Source: Octopus vulgaris
Lineage: Eukaryota
Assembly (NCBI GenBank): GCA_951406725.2
Contig: OX597815.1
Coordinates: 32,488,001 to 32,552,000 of the forward strand
Direction: 5' to 3'
Length of the DNA: 64,000 nucleotides
Numbering within the stretch: position 1 is the stretch's first letter; each line of letters starts with the position of its first letter. The notes under the pieces were generated by a model, which had not been told where the DNA came from, ran no database searches, and saw only the letters and a list, made by a program, of their open reading frames with translations. The position numbers were made by a program, and so were the translations under genes. Below, piece after piece: positions 13,311 through 26,752 of this stretch.

Positions 13311-13707
13311 TATATATATATATATATATAATAATAATAATATATGAGGGAATATAATTCCAAACTTACAGGGAAAAATTCAATTTAGAAATACTAAATC
13401 ATTTCTTAAATATAGCCACGAAACACGTGTCGTTATTCTACCAAATATATACGCTTGTGCTTGTGCGTATATAGACGTATGTATGAACCTTTGTATATAT
13501 ATGCATATTCATTTGGTGAAAAATGCGAGTGAAGATGTGTACGTTTTCATAGTGACATACATACGCACGTGGATGTGCGAGCACATATGTGAGCGTATGA
13601 GTAGCCATGCTTACGTGTTTACTATGAACTTTTAACCTTAATTTATATAAGTAGCAGAATTATTTCCTTTTGAATAACGGTATTTTTTCATAGCGTTTTT
13701 TCAGATG

Positions 13708-13777
13708 GCCAGATAACTGAAGAGATGGTGTTGTGGATTTCCACTTCGGCATCCGAAACTCAGAGTTTTATCTTGGC
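13708..13777 (+). ncRNA. Type I hammerhead ribozyme motif, second family
   Basis: Stem I agataa/ttatct, core CTGAAGA at 13717-13723, stem II GATG...CATC with an inner GTGGA/TTCCAC helix, GAAA at 13755-13758, stem III ACTC-A-GAGT, GTT triplet ending 13767. Confidence 0.65.
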
Positions 13778-14591
13778 TATTGTATAATGGTTACATATTA
13801 ATTTACCGATATTTATATTTTGATATTTATATTTATATATATATTTATATTTATATATATATTTATATATATATATTTATATTTATATATATTTATATAT
13901 ATTTATATTTATATATTTATATATATATTTATATTTATATTTATATTTATATTTATATATTAATATTTATATATATATTTATATTTATATATATATATTT
14001 ATATTTATATATATAGTTATATTTATATATATATATACATACATACATATATATATGTAGTAAATCCCCCAAAATGAAGAACAAACACAAAAAAAAAAAA
14101 CAGTACGATGAAGTGGTACATGTAAATTATGGATATCAAATTATGGATGTATGAATTGTGAAACCGGATGTTCTCTAGCCAGCTAGTCCTCATCTTAATT
14201 CTAATCTATTCCTCTATTGAATGGAAATGTCATCTATTTTTAATTAAATTATTTGCGCTGTCTGTGAATGTCTGTCTTTATAGATGAAAGAGGCGACAGA
14301 TTAAATAAATGTTAGTGGACATGTTCTTTATGTTGAAGTGTTGGAAGAAATTGGTAAAAATTTGTAACATTACTGAGTTAAAGAATATATATGTGTATAT
14401 TTGTGTATGTAAGACATGCTCCTGTATGTTCTTGGGTATTTGCACATTTGTTTTTCTCTGTGTATATGTAACATCATCATTATCGTCATCATCATCATTC
14501 AGTGTTTTAGATCATGTTAACGGGTGTGGCTAGATCTACCTCAATGCTATAGCAACTGAGGTAGGTAGGTGCAGCCCATCCCAACCTTTAA

Positions 14592-14811
14592 CCCTTTCGT
14601 TACTGTATTTCTGTTGAGATGCTCTGTGTTTCTTTTAATATCTTTAAATATAATGAAGAATTTAATGAAATAACTTGGTTATCATTAGACTAGTGTTAGG
14701 AGCATAAATTGTGACTAAGGTTTGGTGGAAGATTTTAATTCAAAACTTATGAAAACAAGACATTTTTACTCAGAGCCAGAGCCGGTTTCAGCCGGATTGG
14801 TAACGAAAGGG
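14592..14811. mobile_element. piggyBac-type MITE
   Basis: TTAA on both sides (14588-14591, 14812-14815). TIR ccctttcgttac / gtaacgaaaggg. Confidence 0.85.
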
Positions 14812-15632
14812 TTAAGCTGGCTGGTACCCATTCTCCGTTGCTATCATGAGGCTTTTTTGGAGCTGGATTTTCTACGGGGAGCATGCCCTTGCTCACCCCC
14901 CAACCTCAGTTTCTAGACACGAGTGGTCCTGAGACTAAGGCCTCAATCACGATTTTTAAGAAATGTGGTGGAAACCTAGCTCAGGAAGGCAGGGATGCTA
15001 CTCCCTGAGACCCCTTTCGGATCCCTCCTACCTAACCATCCCTCACACATATATATATATATTTACTCTACAACATCTTTCTGTTTAGTTTGATCCTTTG
15101 CCATCTCATCTTAAGCCATATTTTAATTTTGAAATTACTACTTCTCTTTTTGGTTTATTATGTTAGTTTCTACATTGGGTACCACTTCCTATCAAATTTT
15201 GGTACTTTTTCTTTACCTTGCTTGTATTCTTTTACTTGTTTCAGTCATTAGACTACAACCATGATGAGGTACTGCCTTGAAGAATTCTAGTCATATGAAT
15301 TGACCTCTAGTACTTTTTTTACTTTATTTTAAAGCTTGGTACTTATTCTCTTAGACTCTTAGGCTGGACCACTAAGTTACAGGGATGTAAACACACCAGC
15401 ACCAGTTGTCAAGTGGTGGAGGACAAACACACACTCACATACACACACACACACACAGAGCAAAAAGTGCACAGAATTACTCATTGGAAGAATTCATGGT
15501 GTGACTAACAACTAAATGTGGTCACAGATGTTAGTTACTGATTGTTGTGTTGTGATTAGCCGTTAACTGAAACTTAACTGAGAGCTTATATGGTATCTGC
15601 CCAGATAATATATTCCTCCAAACTCACTTTTT

Positions 15633-15719
15633 TATGTACACACACACACACACACACACACATATGTATATGTATATATATATGTATAGTATATATGTAT
15701 ATGTTTATATTTATTTATT

Positions 15720-15752
<33 letters not shown>

Positions 15753-15904
15753 GTGTGTGTATGTATATGTATGTATATATGTGTATATATGTGTATATAT
15801 GTATATATATGTATATATATATATGTATATATATATATGTATATATATATATATGTATATATATATATGTATATATATATATATGTATATATATGTATAT
15901 GTGA

Positions 15905-15938
<34 letters not shown>

Positions 15939-16081
15939 GTGTATATATATATTTGTGTATATATATATATATGTGTATATATATATATGTGTATATTTAT
16001 ATATGTGTATATATATATATGTGTGTATATATATATATATATGTGTATATATGTGTATATATGTGTATATATGTGTATATA

Positions 16082-16135
<54 letters not shown>
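15633..16135. repeat. Compound (TA)/(TG)/(CA) microsatellite
   Basis: Read directly. Similar tracts at 13800-14056, 23809-24103, 24970-25285, 25498-25730, 26300-26500, 28081-28588, 41392-41470, 43370-43545 and 57490-57735. Confidence 0.98.
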
Positions 16136-16138
<3 letters not shown>

Positions 16139-17049
16139 TCACAATGGGCTTCTTTCAGTTTCCATCTGCCAAATCCTCTCATAAGGCTATAATAGAAGAC
16201 ACCTGCCCAAGGTGCCACACAATGGGACTGAATCCAGATCCATGTGGTTTGTGCACATTGTGTGTGTGTGTGTGTATGGTGTGAGATGTTTATTTCCATG
16301 TTTTTTAATTGAAAAGTGCAATGTGTCTTACTTGTAGGTATATAGAAGGATAAGAAGGGGAGAAGAAATTAAAAATAATGTATAAAAAAATTAAAGCAAA
16401 GAGAAAGCAAAAGTTATGGGATGGTTATTGTTATCTAATGGTTTAGACGTGACATCAGTGAAATGATATAAACACCACTACAGACTTGCATTCTAGGTCA
16501 CTTTTCATTCTGTTGTGATATAAAGTGGTAAAGTACTCACAGCAGTTATTTTTTGCTGTCAACATTGGCACATCTCTAATATCAAGTTGAGATTTTTTTT
16601 TTATTTACATATGATTCTACAAGCATTTCACTAATATGTAATACTACAACAGACTGAATTGATTTCAGTTTGTGAAGCACTCTATACTCCATACAATAGA
16701 GATGCTACTTCTCTCTCAGGTTCCTAGAGATTTCTGGTGCACTGAGTTTTAGAGGCTCTTTTTTGAGTGGTGATTTACTTGTGGCATCACTTGATGGTGT
16801 TTTTGACAATGTAAAACTAATGAAGGCATCTCGTAAGAGATATTCTTTATAGACATGAATTTTACATGGCTCTCTACCAAGTAGAATGTGCGACCAGCTC
16901 AACTCGTCCCAGTAGTGTTGAGATTTGCATGAGAAAATTTTACAATACTAGTGTTTTGTTTCTGGAAAAAATGTTTATTTGGCACTTTGTCTTGTCATTT
17001 GATGTTACATATTTTGCTGAGGCATTTTATGTGAAAAGAGTTCAGCATT

Positions 17050-17980
17050 ATGATGTGTGTCTGGTGACAGGCCCATGTTCCAATTCAATATAGGAAGTAA
17101 AATTTTATTGGTTTGATAGAAAAGAATTTGAAGAGGGTAGTTTCCACTTCTTCATGTATTTTAAGAAGTAGTTCATCTGGATGATTCTGTAAACTTCTGA
17201 ATTGGTGGTAATTAGGTGGAGCAAGGTCCAGTGAATAAGCAGGCTATGAAAGTTTTTCCCAGCTGAGGTTTTCAATCATTTCAGCTCTGATCTTTGCCAT
17301 GCATTATCATGATGGAATATTGTTCCTTTGTGATTCACTAAGGTATGTCTCTTTTCCTTCAAAGCAAGTGTTTAAACTTTCTAACTTCTGACAATAAGTG
17401 TCTTTTGTAATTGTTTTATTAAATGGTGGGGATTCAAAGTGGATCACATCAACACAGTCCCACCCAACACTAACCGCTCTTTTCTTGAACGGCAGTCTCT
17501 TTTGGATTGTGGCGTAGCCAGTTTGTCTTCACTATGCTATTGTCAGCATCACTTAAAATTCTCATAAAAGATTAATTTTTCATCAACAGTCACTCATCTG
17601 TCGAAAAATGATGATATGCATTCACAGGAGTGTAAGAGAAGTGCAGATGTCCTCTAATTCTGCATAATTGTTCTTTTGTGAAATTTTGGGGAACCCATTT
17701 TTTTCTCAAGTTTTTCCAGATCATTGCAAATGTCAATGAACTACTGAATGACTTGAATTCAGTTTCTAGGCAAATCTTTCAACTGTACCAGCAGTATTTT
17801 GATCAAGTTCTGACAAAAGCAGGTCTTCATTAAACCAAACAAGACAACGCACACATGGAGCATCTTTTAAACTGAAATCACTTTTCCTAAACCCTTCAAT
17901 TTTCCACTGGTTTGTTCATTTAAGCAATATTTCCCATAAACACAATGTCTTGGATTGCTTCTGCCACGCTATTCTTTTTT
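17050..17980 (-). pseudogene. Highly decayed mariner transposase
   Basis: Manual translation of the - strand gives VTVDEKLIFYEN, VSVGWDCVDVIHFE...YCQKL and LVNHKGTIFHHDNA, matching the mariner TGDEKW, VWWD and HHDNA motifs. Frameshifted. Boundaries are approximate. Confidence 0.75.
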
Positions 17981-17999
17981 TCATAAAGCATCATATAAC

Positions 18000-18981
18000 A
18001 ATCCTTTAGCATTCAGCTGTCTCTCGAATATATTGCTTGTTTATTTACATTGTTTTTAATTAACCCTATAGCATCAGTTGATGTAAATTTACGTGTGCTG
18101 TGTACTCACTTCGAATCAGATGATGAAAATATGCACAGCCCTATCTGCTGCTGTTTTGTACCTGTTAGTCTACTGGTTGACATTAATATCCGCTATTACT
18201 TATGGCATCGATAATAGAGGCTACTGTGCAAATTTCAAGGAATCTGATAGGTTTTGTTAGACTCTTCATGTGAATATTTCCAATTCAGGTCAAGGCTTCA
18301 TCACCATAATAGTATAAAAGCAGCAGTTTTGATGGTTGCACCACCATTTCCACTATGACATCCTATCAAATTCGTACATGTTCAGCAAATCCTTCTAACG
18401 CTGTTGAGTGATCTTATTTCCGCAGTAATACCGCAGGGCCACTCTGCCCATTGATGACAGTTTCCATAAATAAACAGTGCATGCTTTAAAGTGGTTGACA
18501 TAAACATATGCCGAACCATACCATTGTTGTGCGCTAATTGCTGATCTCAGCTGAGATGATTACCATCAATGCAACCTAGTTGCTTGATAAAAAACCATTG
18601 TCATGGGGTTAATTATGCATTATTTCATAGATTTGAGATTTCAATGATGTGCTTGTTAATTTTACAATGACATTGAAGCCATTGGCTTCCGTGCCGGTGG
18701 CATGTAAAAAACACCCACTACACTCACGGAGTGGTTGGCATTAGGAAGGGCATCCAGCTGTAGAAACACTGCCAGATAAGATTGGAGCCTGGTGCAGCCT
18801 TCTGGCTTCCCAGATCCCCGGTCGAACCGTCCAACCCATGCTAGCATGGAGAACGGACGTTAAACGATGATGATGATGATGATTGTAGGATAGGTGTGAG
18901 AAACTGGACATGGCTAGTTTGAACATGAAACAGGGAGATTATTTGGGCCAGATATGGCCTGTTTAAATGGTAAAGAGTTAA
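18000..18981. mobile_element. Decayed TTAA-type MITE with nested insertions
   Basis: Outer ends cctttagcatt and aatggtaaagagttaa. An inner TTAA-ccc...ggg-TTAA element spans 18064-18608, and a LINE 3'-end copy lies at ~18680-18883. Confidence 0.45.
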
Positions 18982-20029
18982 ATGCTTTGTAGAGATGACC
19001 ATCTTTAGGAAGGTTCAAACAGTAACTGAAGTGGCTAATTCATAATGTAATGGCATAAATTATTATTTGACAGCTACACGAAATTATAGTCATATGTATG
19101 TCACTTGTCAGGAATTTTAAAATAACAAACAAAGTGATTGACTCACAGATATCAGATTTCAAACATTACTCATGAGATGACCTGATATAGGGCTGGGATC
19201 TTTGGCAATAAGAGATTCTTGAAAAGACCCATCCTTGTCAGCAGAACTGAATTCTGGAAGTGCTATGTATTGTGCTCACCACTCACATTACAATGGCTCA
19301 TCATCCCTTCTTCCATGCATTAGGCCTGCTTCTTCTTTCTGCACCCCACCTTCCTGCACCTCATCCCGTGTTATCCCTCTCTCTTGTCTTCCATACACCA
19401 CTGACAGCTGTATCATATTTACCACTCCTGCTTCCCCCCTTCCTCGGACTCTCTTCTGCATCCCTCTGTGTCCCCCAACTCATGGGCTACTTGCTTTTTA
19501 CTCCTGCAACTCTACCCATTCTGGCAGTCTGTCTTCCCTCATTCTCTTTCCCATACAATCTTGCAAGCCAATTTGTCTGCTCATCTTGTGCCTTGTGGGG
19601 CCATCTAGGTACCTCATTGCCATTATCTATCTCTTGTAGCTCCTACTGTTCATGTTTCCCTTTCTTTCCTCTGCTCCTACTAGATGAGTAGCCATGCAGA
19701 TCCTCTACAAGAATCTGATCTGCCCCGCTTCTCATAGTTCAATCCCCTTGTCCATTAGCATGAAGCTGACCCACTTCCACCCAAGGGTTTGTTGTTCTGC
19801 AAGCTGCATGGTAATCCCAACAGTGCAGACAACACGAAAAAAGCTCTCAGTCCATGCTGTAAACTGGTTGGTATTAGGAATGGTCTCTAGCCATAGAAAC
19901 CTTGCCAAAATAGACAATGGAGCATGATGCAGTCCTTGGGCACAGGAGAATCTATTAAACCATCCAACCCATGTCCGTATAGAATATGGACATTAAATGA
20001 TGATGTTGATGATGATAATGATACTGAAT

Positions 20030-20062
<33 letters not shown>

Positions 20063-20078
20063 TATATATATGCACATA

Positions 20079-20289
20079 TGAGGGGTGCTGAAAAGTTCCT
20101 GGCTTTAAGGGTATCACTAAAGGCCTAGTTGGAGGCACAATCTTCAATTTCTTTCACAGAGCTTAGAAAAACTGAAGGACCACTGTAATGAATAAATCTG
20201 TGAGGGGAATATGTTGAATAAAAGCATAATTAATTGATTCTCTTGTATTTTATTTTACCTAAAGCCAGGAAATTTTCAGTACCCCCTCG
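20079..20289. mobile_element. Tc1/mariner-type MITE
   Basis: TIRs tgaggggtgctgaaaagttcctggcttta and taaagccaggaaattttcagtaccccctcg, with TA on the left flank. Confidence 0.75.
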
Positions 20290-21385
20290 TGAGTGTGTGT
20301 GTGTGTGTGTATATAGTTCAAATTTACAGAAAACAAAAGATGAAAACAGGTGAAGGAACAACAAGCAGATGTATTAGTTTGACATTCGGGAAGAAAGGAA
20401 AAGTCTTCAATGTTTAGAGCCTATGCTCTTCAACAGGAAGGGCTGAAAGGAAAAAATGGAGAGAGAATGAAAACAACAGAGTGGAAAAAAATATGTAGGG
20501 ATTAAGGGCAGTATAAATATGTTTGAAAGTTATTTGAGCCTTTAACGGCTTGTCCCTGCTGTTTGTCACAGAGAAAAAAATTCTCACTCAAAACAAGTTG
20601 TTAAACTATCATAATCAGTTGTGAGTGCTCTCAGTTGGACAGAGGGATGCATTTCAAACTATGTGTTTGTGAGGTATATAAATGAGAGAGAGAGAATATG
20701 TTATGTTATTTTTTTTTTTATTAATCCTCGTCTGGCATTTAGTCATAAAAAAAACTTTTCATTATTATTATTTTTTTATTCATTTATTTTTATTTTTTAT
20801 ATTTTTTTTAATGTTGTAATTGTAAATCCCAAAGAATGATCATCATGAAAAGAACCAAAGCGCCAAAGCTCTAGTTAGTAACAGTAGGTAAAAAATCCTG
20901 AGAAAGGGTCTTGCTCGGTATCTGAAAAGAGAATGAATAAATACTTGATATTCTGTGTGAACAATGGGTATTACATTTAAGTTTCAGACACTCTATATGT
21001 CTGTCTGCATATGAACATGAATTTATGAACCAAAGGGAATAGTATTCAATGTTTTAAAATATTATCTTATGATATTATCTTGTTTTGCAACCCTTATATA
21101 CTATTAATTGTGTCACCTACTTTTAAAGTCCTTTTAAAGAATTTATTTCCCATATATTCACACTTTACTAACTACTCCAGTACATCTAACCCACATGAAA
21201 CCTGTCTTCCATGTCAGCTTGCCAGTGGTTCCCATGTACTTTAACAACTGAGCATGCAGTATGGAATTTCTAGCAACTCCTGAACATGGTCATTTTCTTG
21301 ATTGTCATTTCCTTTTTCCCACTTGTCATAACATAATTCTGGAAGCAGGCTTGCTGTCTCCAAGATGAAATATCTTGCAAGTCAT

Positions 21386-22505
21386 ATGTAAACTTCAATA
21401 TATATATGACACCTCATCATCATCATCATCGTTTAATGTCCGTTTTCCATGCAAACATGGATTGGATGGTTTGACTGGGGTCTGGGAAGCCAGGAGGCTG
21501 CACCAGGCTCCAGTCTGATCTGGCAGTGTTTCTACAGCTTGATGCCCTTCCTAATGCCAACCACTCCGTGAGTGTAGTGGGTGCTTTTTACGTGCCACCG
21601 GCACAGGTGCCAGGGGAGGCTGGCAGTGGCCATGATCGGTTGGTGCTTTTTACGTGCCACCGACACAGAAAAGGCGGCGCTGGCATTGGCCACGTTCGGA
21701 TGGTGCTTTTTACATGCCACTGGCACAGGTATCAAATGTAAACTTCAATATATATATGACATGTCATCATCATCATCGTTTAACATCCGTTTTTCATGCT
21801 AGCATGGATTGGATGGTTCGACTGGGGTCTGGGAAGCCAGGAGGCTGCACCAGGCTCCAGTCTGATCTGGCAGTGTTTCTACAGCTGGATGCTCTTCCTA
21901 GCGCCAACCACTCCATGAGTGTAGTGGGTGTTTTTTATGTGCCACTGGCACAGGGGCCAGAGGAGGCTAGCAATGGCCACGATCGGTTGGTGCTTTTTAC
22001 GTGCCACCGACACAGAAGCCAGTCAAGGCGGCACTGGCATCGGCCACATTTGGATGGTGCTTTTTACGTGCCACTGGCACAGGTGCCAGGGGAGGCTGGC
22101 AGTGGCAACGATCGGTTGGTGGTTTTTACGTGTCACCGGCACAGAAGGCAGTCAAGGTGGTACTGGCATCGGCCTTGTTCAGACGGTGCTTTTTACGTGC
22201 CACCGGCACAAGTATCAAATGTAAACTTCAATATATATATGACACATCATCATCATCATCATCATCATCGTTTAATGTCCATTTTCCTTGCTAGCATGGA
22301 TTGGATGGTTCGACTGGGGTCTGGGAAGCCAGGAGGCTGCACCAGGCTCCAGTCTGATCTGGCAGTGTTTCTACAGCTGGATGCCCTTCCTAGTGCCAAC
22401 CACTCCATGCGTGTAGTGGGTGCTTTTTATGTGCCACTGGCACAGGGGCCAGAGGAGGCTGGCAACTGCCACAATCGGATGGTGCTTTTTACGTGCCACC
22501 AGCAC
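21386..22505 (-). repeat. Tandem triplication of a LINE-tail copy together with its unique flank
   Basis: 'atgtaaacttcaatatatatatgaca' plus (cat)n plus the element recurs at 21386, ~21737 and ~22219. Confidence 0.9.
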
Positions 22506-25039
22506 ATGCATTTAGCATTGGTTGCATTTTATAATTTGCAGTCCCTTTAGCTATATGCCTAAGGATGTCATTTCATTACCTAATGAGTAGACATATAAAG
22601 GTAAAAAATATGAAATACTAGGAGATAGAAAAAAAATAACCAAATGAAGAAATATAGTTGTGACCTAAGCAATGACCTTTACATAAATTTACTTAAAGGT
22701 CATAATCTAGGTCACTACAGTTGTATAGCTTAATTTCTTTTGCTATCTTTTATTTTTTTATTCTTTTATTTTTATCTTGTGCCAATGACACTTAAAATGC
22801 ACCTGTGCCAGTGACACAGATAAGGCACCTACTACACCACTTGAAGTGGTTGGCATTAGGAAGGGCATCCAGCTACAGAAACCGAACCAAAATCAGACTG
22901 GAGCCTGGTACAGTTCTCTGGCTTACCAGTTCCAGTCAAACCATCTAACCCATGCCAGCATGGAAAATCGATGCTAAATGATGATGATGATCCTGTTCTT
23001 ATATTCTATTCAAGTAACCAAGAATATTATATACACATGTATACAGGTTTCCATGTCTGGCATCAGCTTTTAAAATACTTTTAAACAAATCTTTGATTTT
23101 GGCGACCAATGTGACAAAAAATATCTCATGCGTCCCTCCTTTTCCAAGAAGGTAGAATGTAATTTGAAATACATCTAGCTGCTATTTCTAGTGGTGTAGT
23201 AGGTGCCTTATCTGTGTCACTGGCACAGGTGCATTTTAAGTGTTGGTTTATTGTTGGTTTATTGGGAAATAGTTGTTTATTTTTTTTTAACTCCAGATTA
23301 ACTCTGATCAAGAGGGGCTATAATAAAAAAGTATTCCAGCTGTGACAATCCCATAATTTTTTAGGAATGTTTGGGACTTCATTATCTAATGTGTGCTTTC
23401 CTCATTTAAAATTGCAACACGATTAATGGATATCTGGCTGTTATTTCTAGCAGGACATGCAACCACGTACAGGCTTTTTTCTTTTGTGTAATCCTGGTGA
23501 AAGTTACAATCTAAAGGTGAAGTCATGTCAAAGACTCTTCTTGTCTTAGTTGTTTTCTTACTTTAGTTTGAATTTTGTTACTTTGTGACAGATCACAAGG
23601 CCCGGCATCTCACAGCATAATTCTCAGCAATATCAGAACAATATTTACACACTCAAGGAACAATGTTAAAAACTTGAAATAGATAAAGAATGTCAACAAC
23701 AGTAATGGCAACAACTAATATTTAAAAATGTAATCAACTCAGGATCCTTGTATATAATCTATTCTCTGTTTATCTCAATTCCTTACTTTCACCTACTCTA
23801 CTAGGGCGCACACACACACACACACATACATACACACACACAGACACACACAGACATACACTCACACACATACACATACACACACACAGGCACACACACA
23901 TGCACACACATACACAGACACACACACATACACACACAGGCACACACACATGCACACACATACACATACACACATACACATACACACACATACACATACA
24001 CACACAGGCACACATACACATACACACACAGGCACACACACACATACACACACATACACAGGCACACACACATACACACACATACATACACACACACACA
24101 CACAACAAGAACAACATGGAATTTGGACCTTAAGTGATGTTGACATATATATCTAGTTACAGATGCACACATAAAAACACAGTCATGTACAGACCACACA
24201 CACACACACACACACACACATGCACACAATCACATTCTCACATATATGCGGATAGATGCACACACATGGATGGCTACACACATACACATACATACACATG
24301 CTGGCACATATTTGCACCCACACTGACAGTTGCACGTGCGCACGGTTATATATTCGACACCCACACCCACACCTACACTTACACCTACACAGAAGACACA
24401 AGACACATGTTCAATAATTTCTTTCTCTCTTTGAATTCCACCACACTTCCTGCCTGTTTTTATCATCGGCAATAAGTTCTATACTTCATGTCATTTGGCT
24501 GGGCAGCTTTAAGAGAAAGAATCTAAATCTATAAAACCAGGTGAGTGTGTCTATCGAACATTTCGAATATGTGATTATCAATCATTCATCTATACGCTTA
24601 TGCTTTTATCATGTATATATTCGTGTGTGTGTGTGTGTGTGTGTGTGAGTGTGTGAGAGAGAGAGAGAGAGCAAGAAGAGTAGAATTTAATGCAAAGTCT
24701 TTGAATTTTAAGAACCAGGCTTCATTTAGTTATGAAATTTATTAATTAAAACATAACATTTTACATCTAACCAGCAAGCACATGAGGCAAATGAATTGCT
24801 TCAATACGATATCAGTAAACTGCATGGAAGCTTAGAAATGTTGTAGCATGTTTAATTACATGCAGACGTTCTAATCTTAAAACGGACCCCTGTATTAACT
24901 GTCTAAATGTCTGAGGGTAATTATCATGAATATGATTATAATTTATCAAACTATGAGACTGTGATGTTATACATATATGTGTGTATATATATATATAGAC
25001 ATATACATATATATGTATATATATATATACATATATATA

Positions 25040-25071
<32 letters not shown>

Positions 25072-25217
25072 CATACACACACAAATACATATATGTAAAT
25101 ATATATATATGTATATATACATATATGTAAAATATGCATATACACATATATATATATATATACATATATACATATATATACATATATACACATATACATA
25201 TATATATATACATATAT

Positions 25218-25248
<31 letters not shown>

Positions 25249-25495
25249 CACATACATTTATGTATGTATATGTATATATATATATATTTCTTTACTACCC
25301 ACAAGGGGCTAAACACAGAGGGGACAAACAAGGACAGACAAAGGGATTAAGTCGACTACATCGACCCCAGTGCGTAACTGGTACTTAATTTATCGACCCC
25401 GAAAGGATGAAAGGCAAAGTCGACCTCGGCGGAATTTGAACTCGGAACGTAACGACAGACGAAATACGGCTACGATTTCTACCAGCTCGCCGCCT

Positions 25496-25552
<57 letters not shown>

Positions 25553-25632
25553 ACATTTATGTATGTATATATATATATATACACACATACATGTATGTAT
25601 ATATATATACACACATACATTTATGTATGTAT

Positions 25633-25663
<31 letters not shown>

Positions 25664-25670
25664 TACATAC

Positions 25671-25722
<52 letters not shown>

Positions 25723-26349
25723 GTATATATGTATATAGTCCATTCTTGCTAAGCCAATTCAGCATCTTTCCTTGGTGTACCTCTACTAATGTGTGTGTGT
25801 AGGCACAAACATGGTTGTTTTCTTGAGAACTTCACATTTTAGCCATATGGCTGCTTTGTAAGTTCGTGTGCATGTGTGTGTATGTGCATTTGTGTCTCCT
25901 TGTCTTGATTTCATGTAATAATTGTAAATGAGTGGATATTGAAGAATGATATATATATATATATATATATATATCTGTACACACACACATATATATTTAC
26001 ATACTCACATATACACATATACATATTTTCTATATATTTACACACACACACACTCTAAATACATCATCATCATCATCATCGTTTAACGTCCGTTTTCCGC
26101 GCTAGCATGGGTTGGATGGTTTGACCGGGGTCTGGGAAGCCAGGGGCTGCACCAGGCTCCAGTCTGATCTGGCAGAGTTTCTACAGCTGGATGCCCTTCC
26201 TAACGCCAACCACTCTGCGAGTGTAGTGGGTGCTTTTTACGTGCCACCTGCACAGGTGCCAGGGGGGTCTGGCATTGGCCACGATCGGTTGGAGCTTTAC
26301 ACATATATATATATACACACACATATATAACACGCACACATATATATAT

Positions 26350-26401
<52 letters not shown>

Positions 26402-26752
26402 GCATACATATACACACATACACGCATACATATACACACATACATATATATAAACATACATACATACATACATATATACATACATACATACATACAAATA
26501 TACATCATCCTTATCATTGTGTAGCATCCTCTTTTCATGTTGGCATGGGTTGAACAGTTTAACAGGGAGCTGTCCTGACTCCAACTATCTGTTGTAGCAT
26601 GCTTTCTATGGCTGGATGCGCTTCCTAATGACAACCACTCAGTGAAGTGTGCTGGGTGCTTTCTATGTGCCACCAGCATCTCAGAAAATACAAAATTGTA
26701 TTATCCAATTGCTATAGAATTTATGTAAATCATCAATGGAGGTGGTTAAAGC

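Noticed and set aside
15590-16299. Long ORFs rich in Y/I/C/V/H/T (also 23770-25800, 28007-28662 and others)
   Set aside because: They are translations of (TA)/(TG)/(CA) microsatellites, which lack stop codons.
19235-19691. Overlapping 134-aa and 143-aa ORFs
   Set aside because: Pyrimidine-rich, low-complexity sequence with no recognisable motif or convincing splice sites. Probably a decayed repeat.
21654-22550. 298-aa ORF, the longest in the track
   Set aside because: It is antisense read-through of the triplicated LINE-tail repeat and has no protein-like features.
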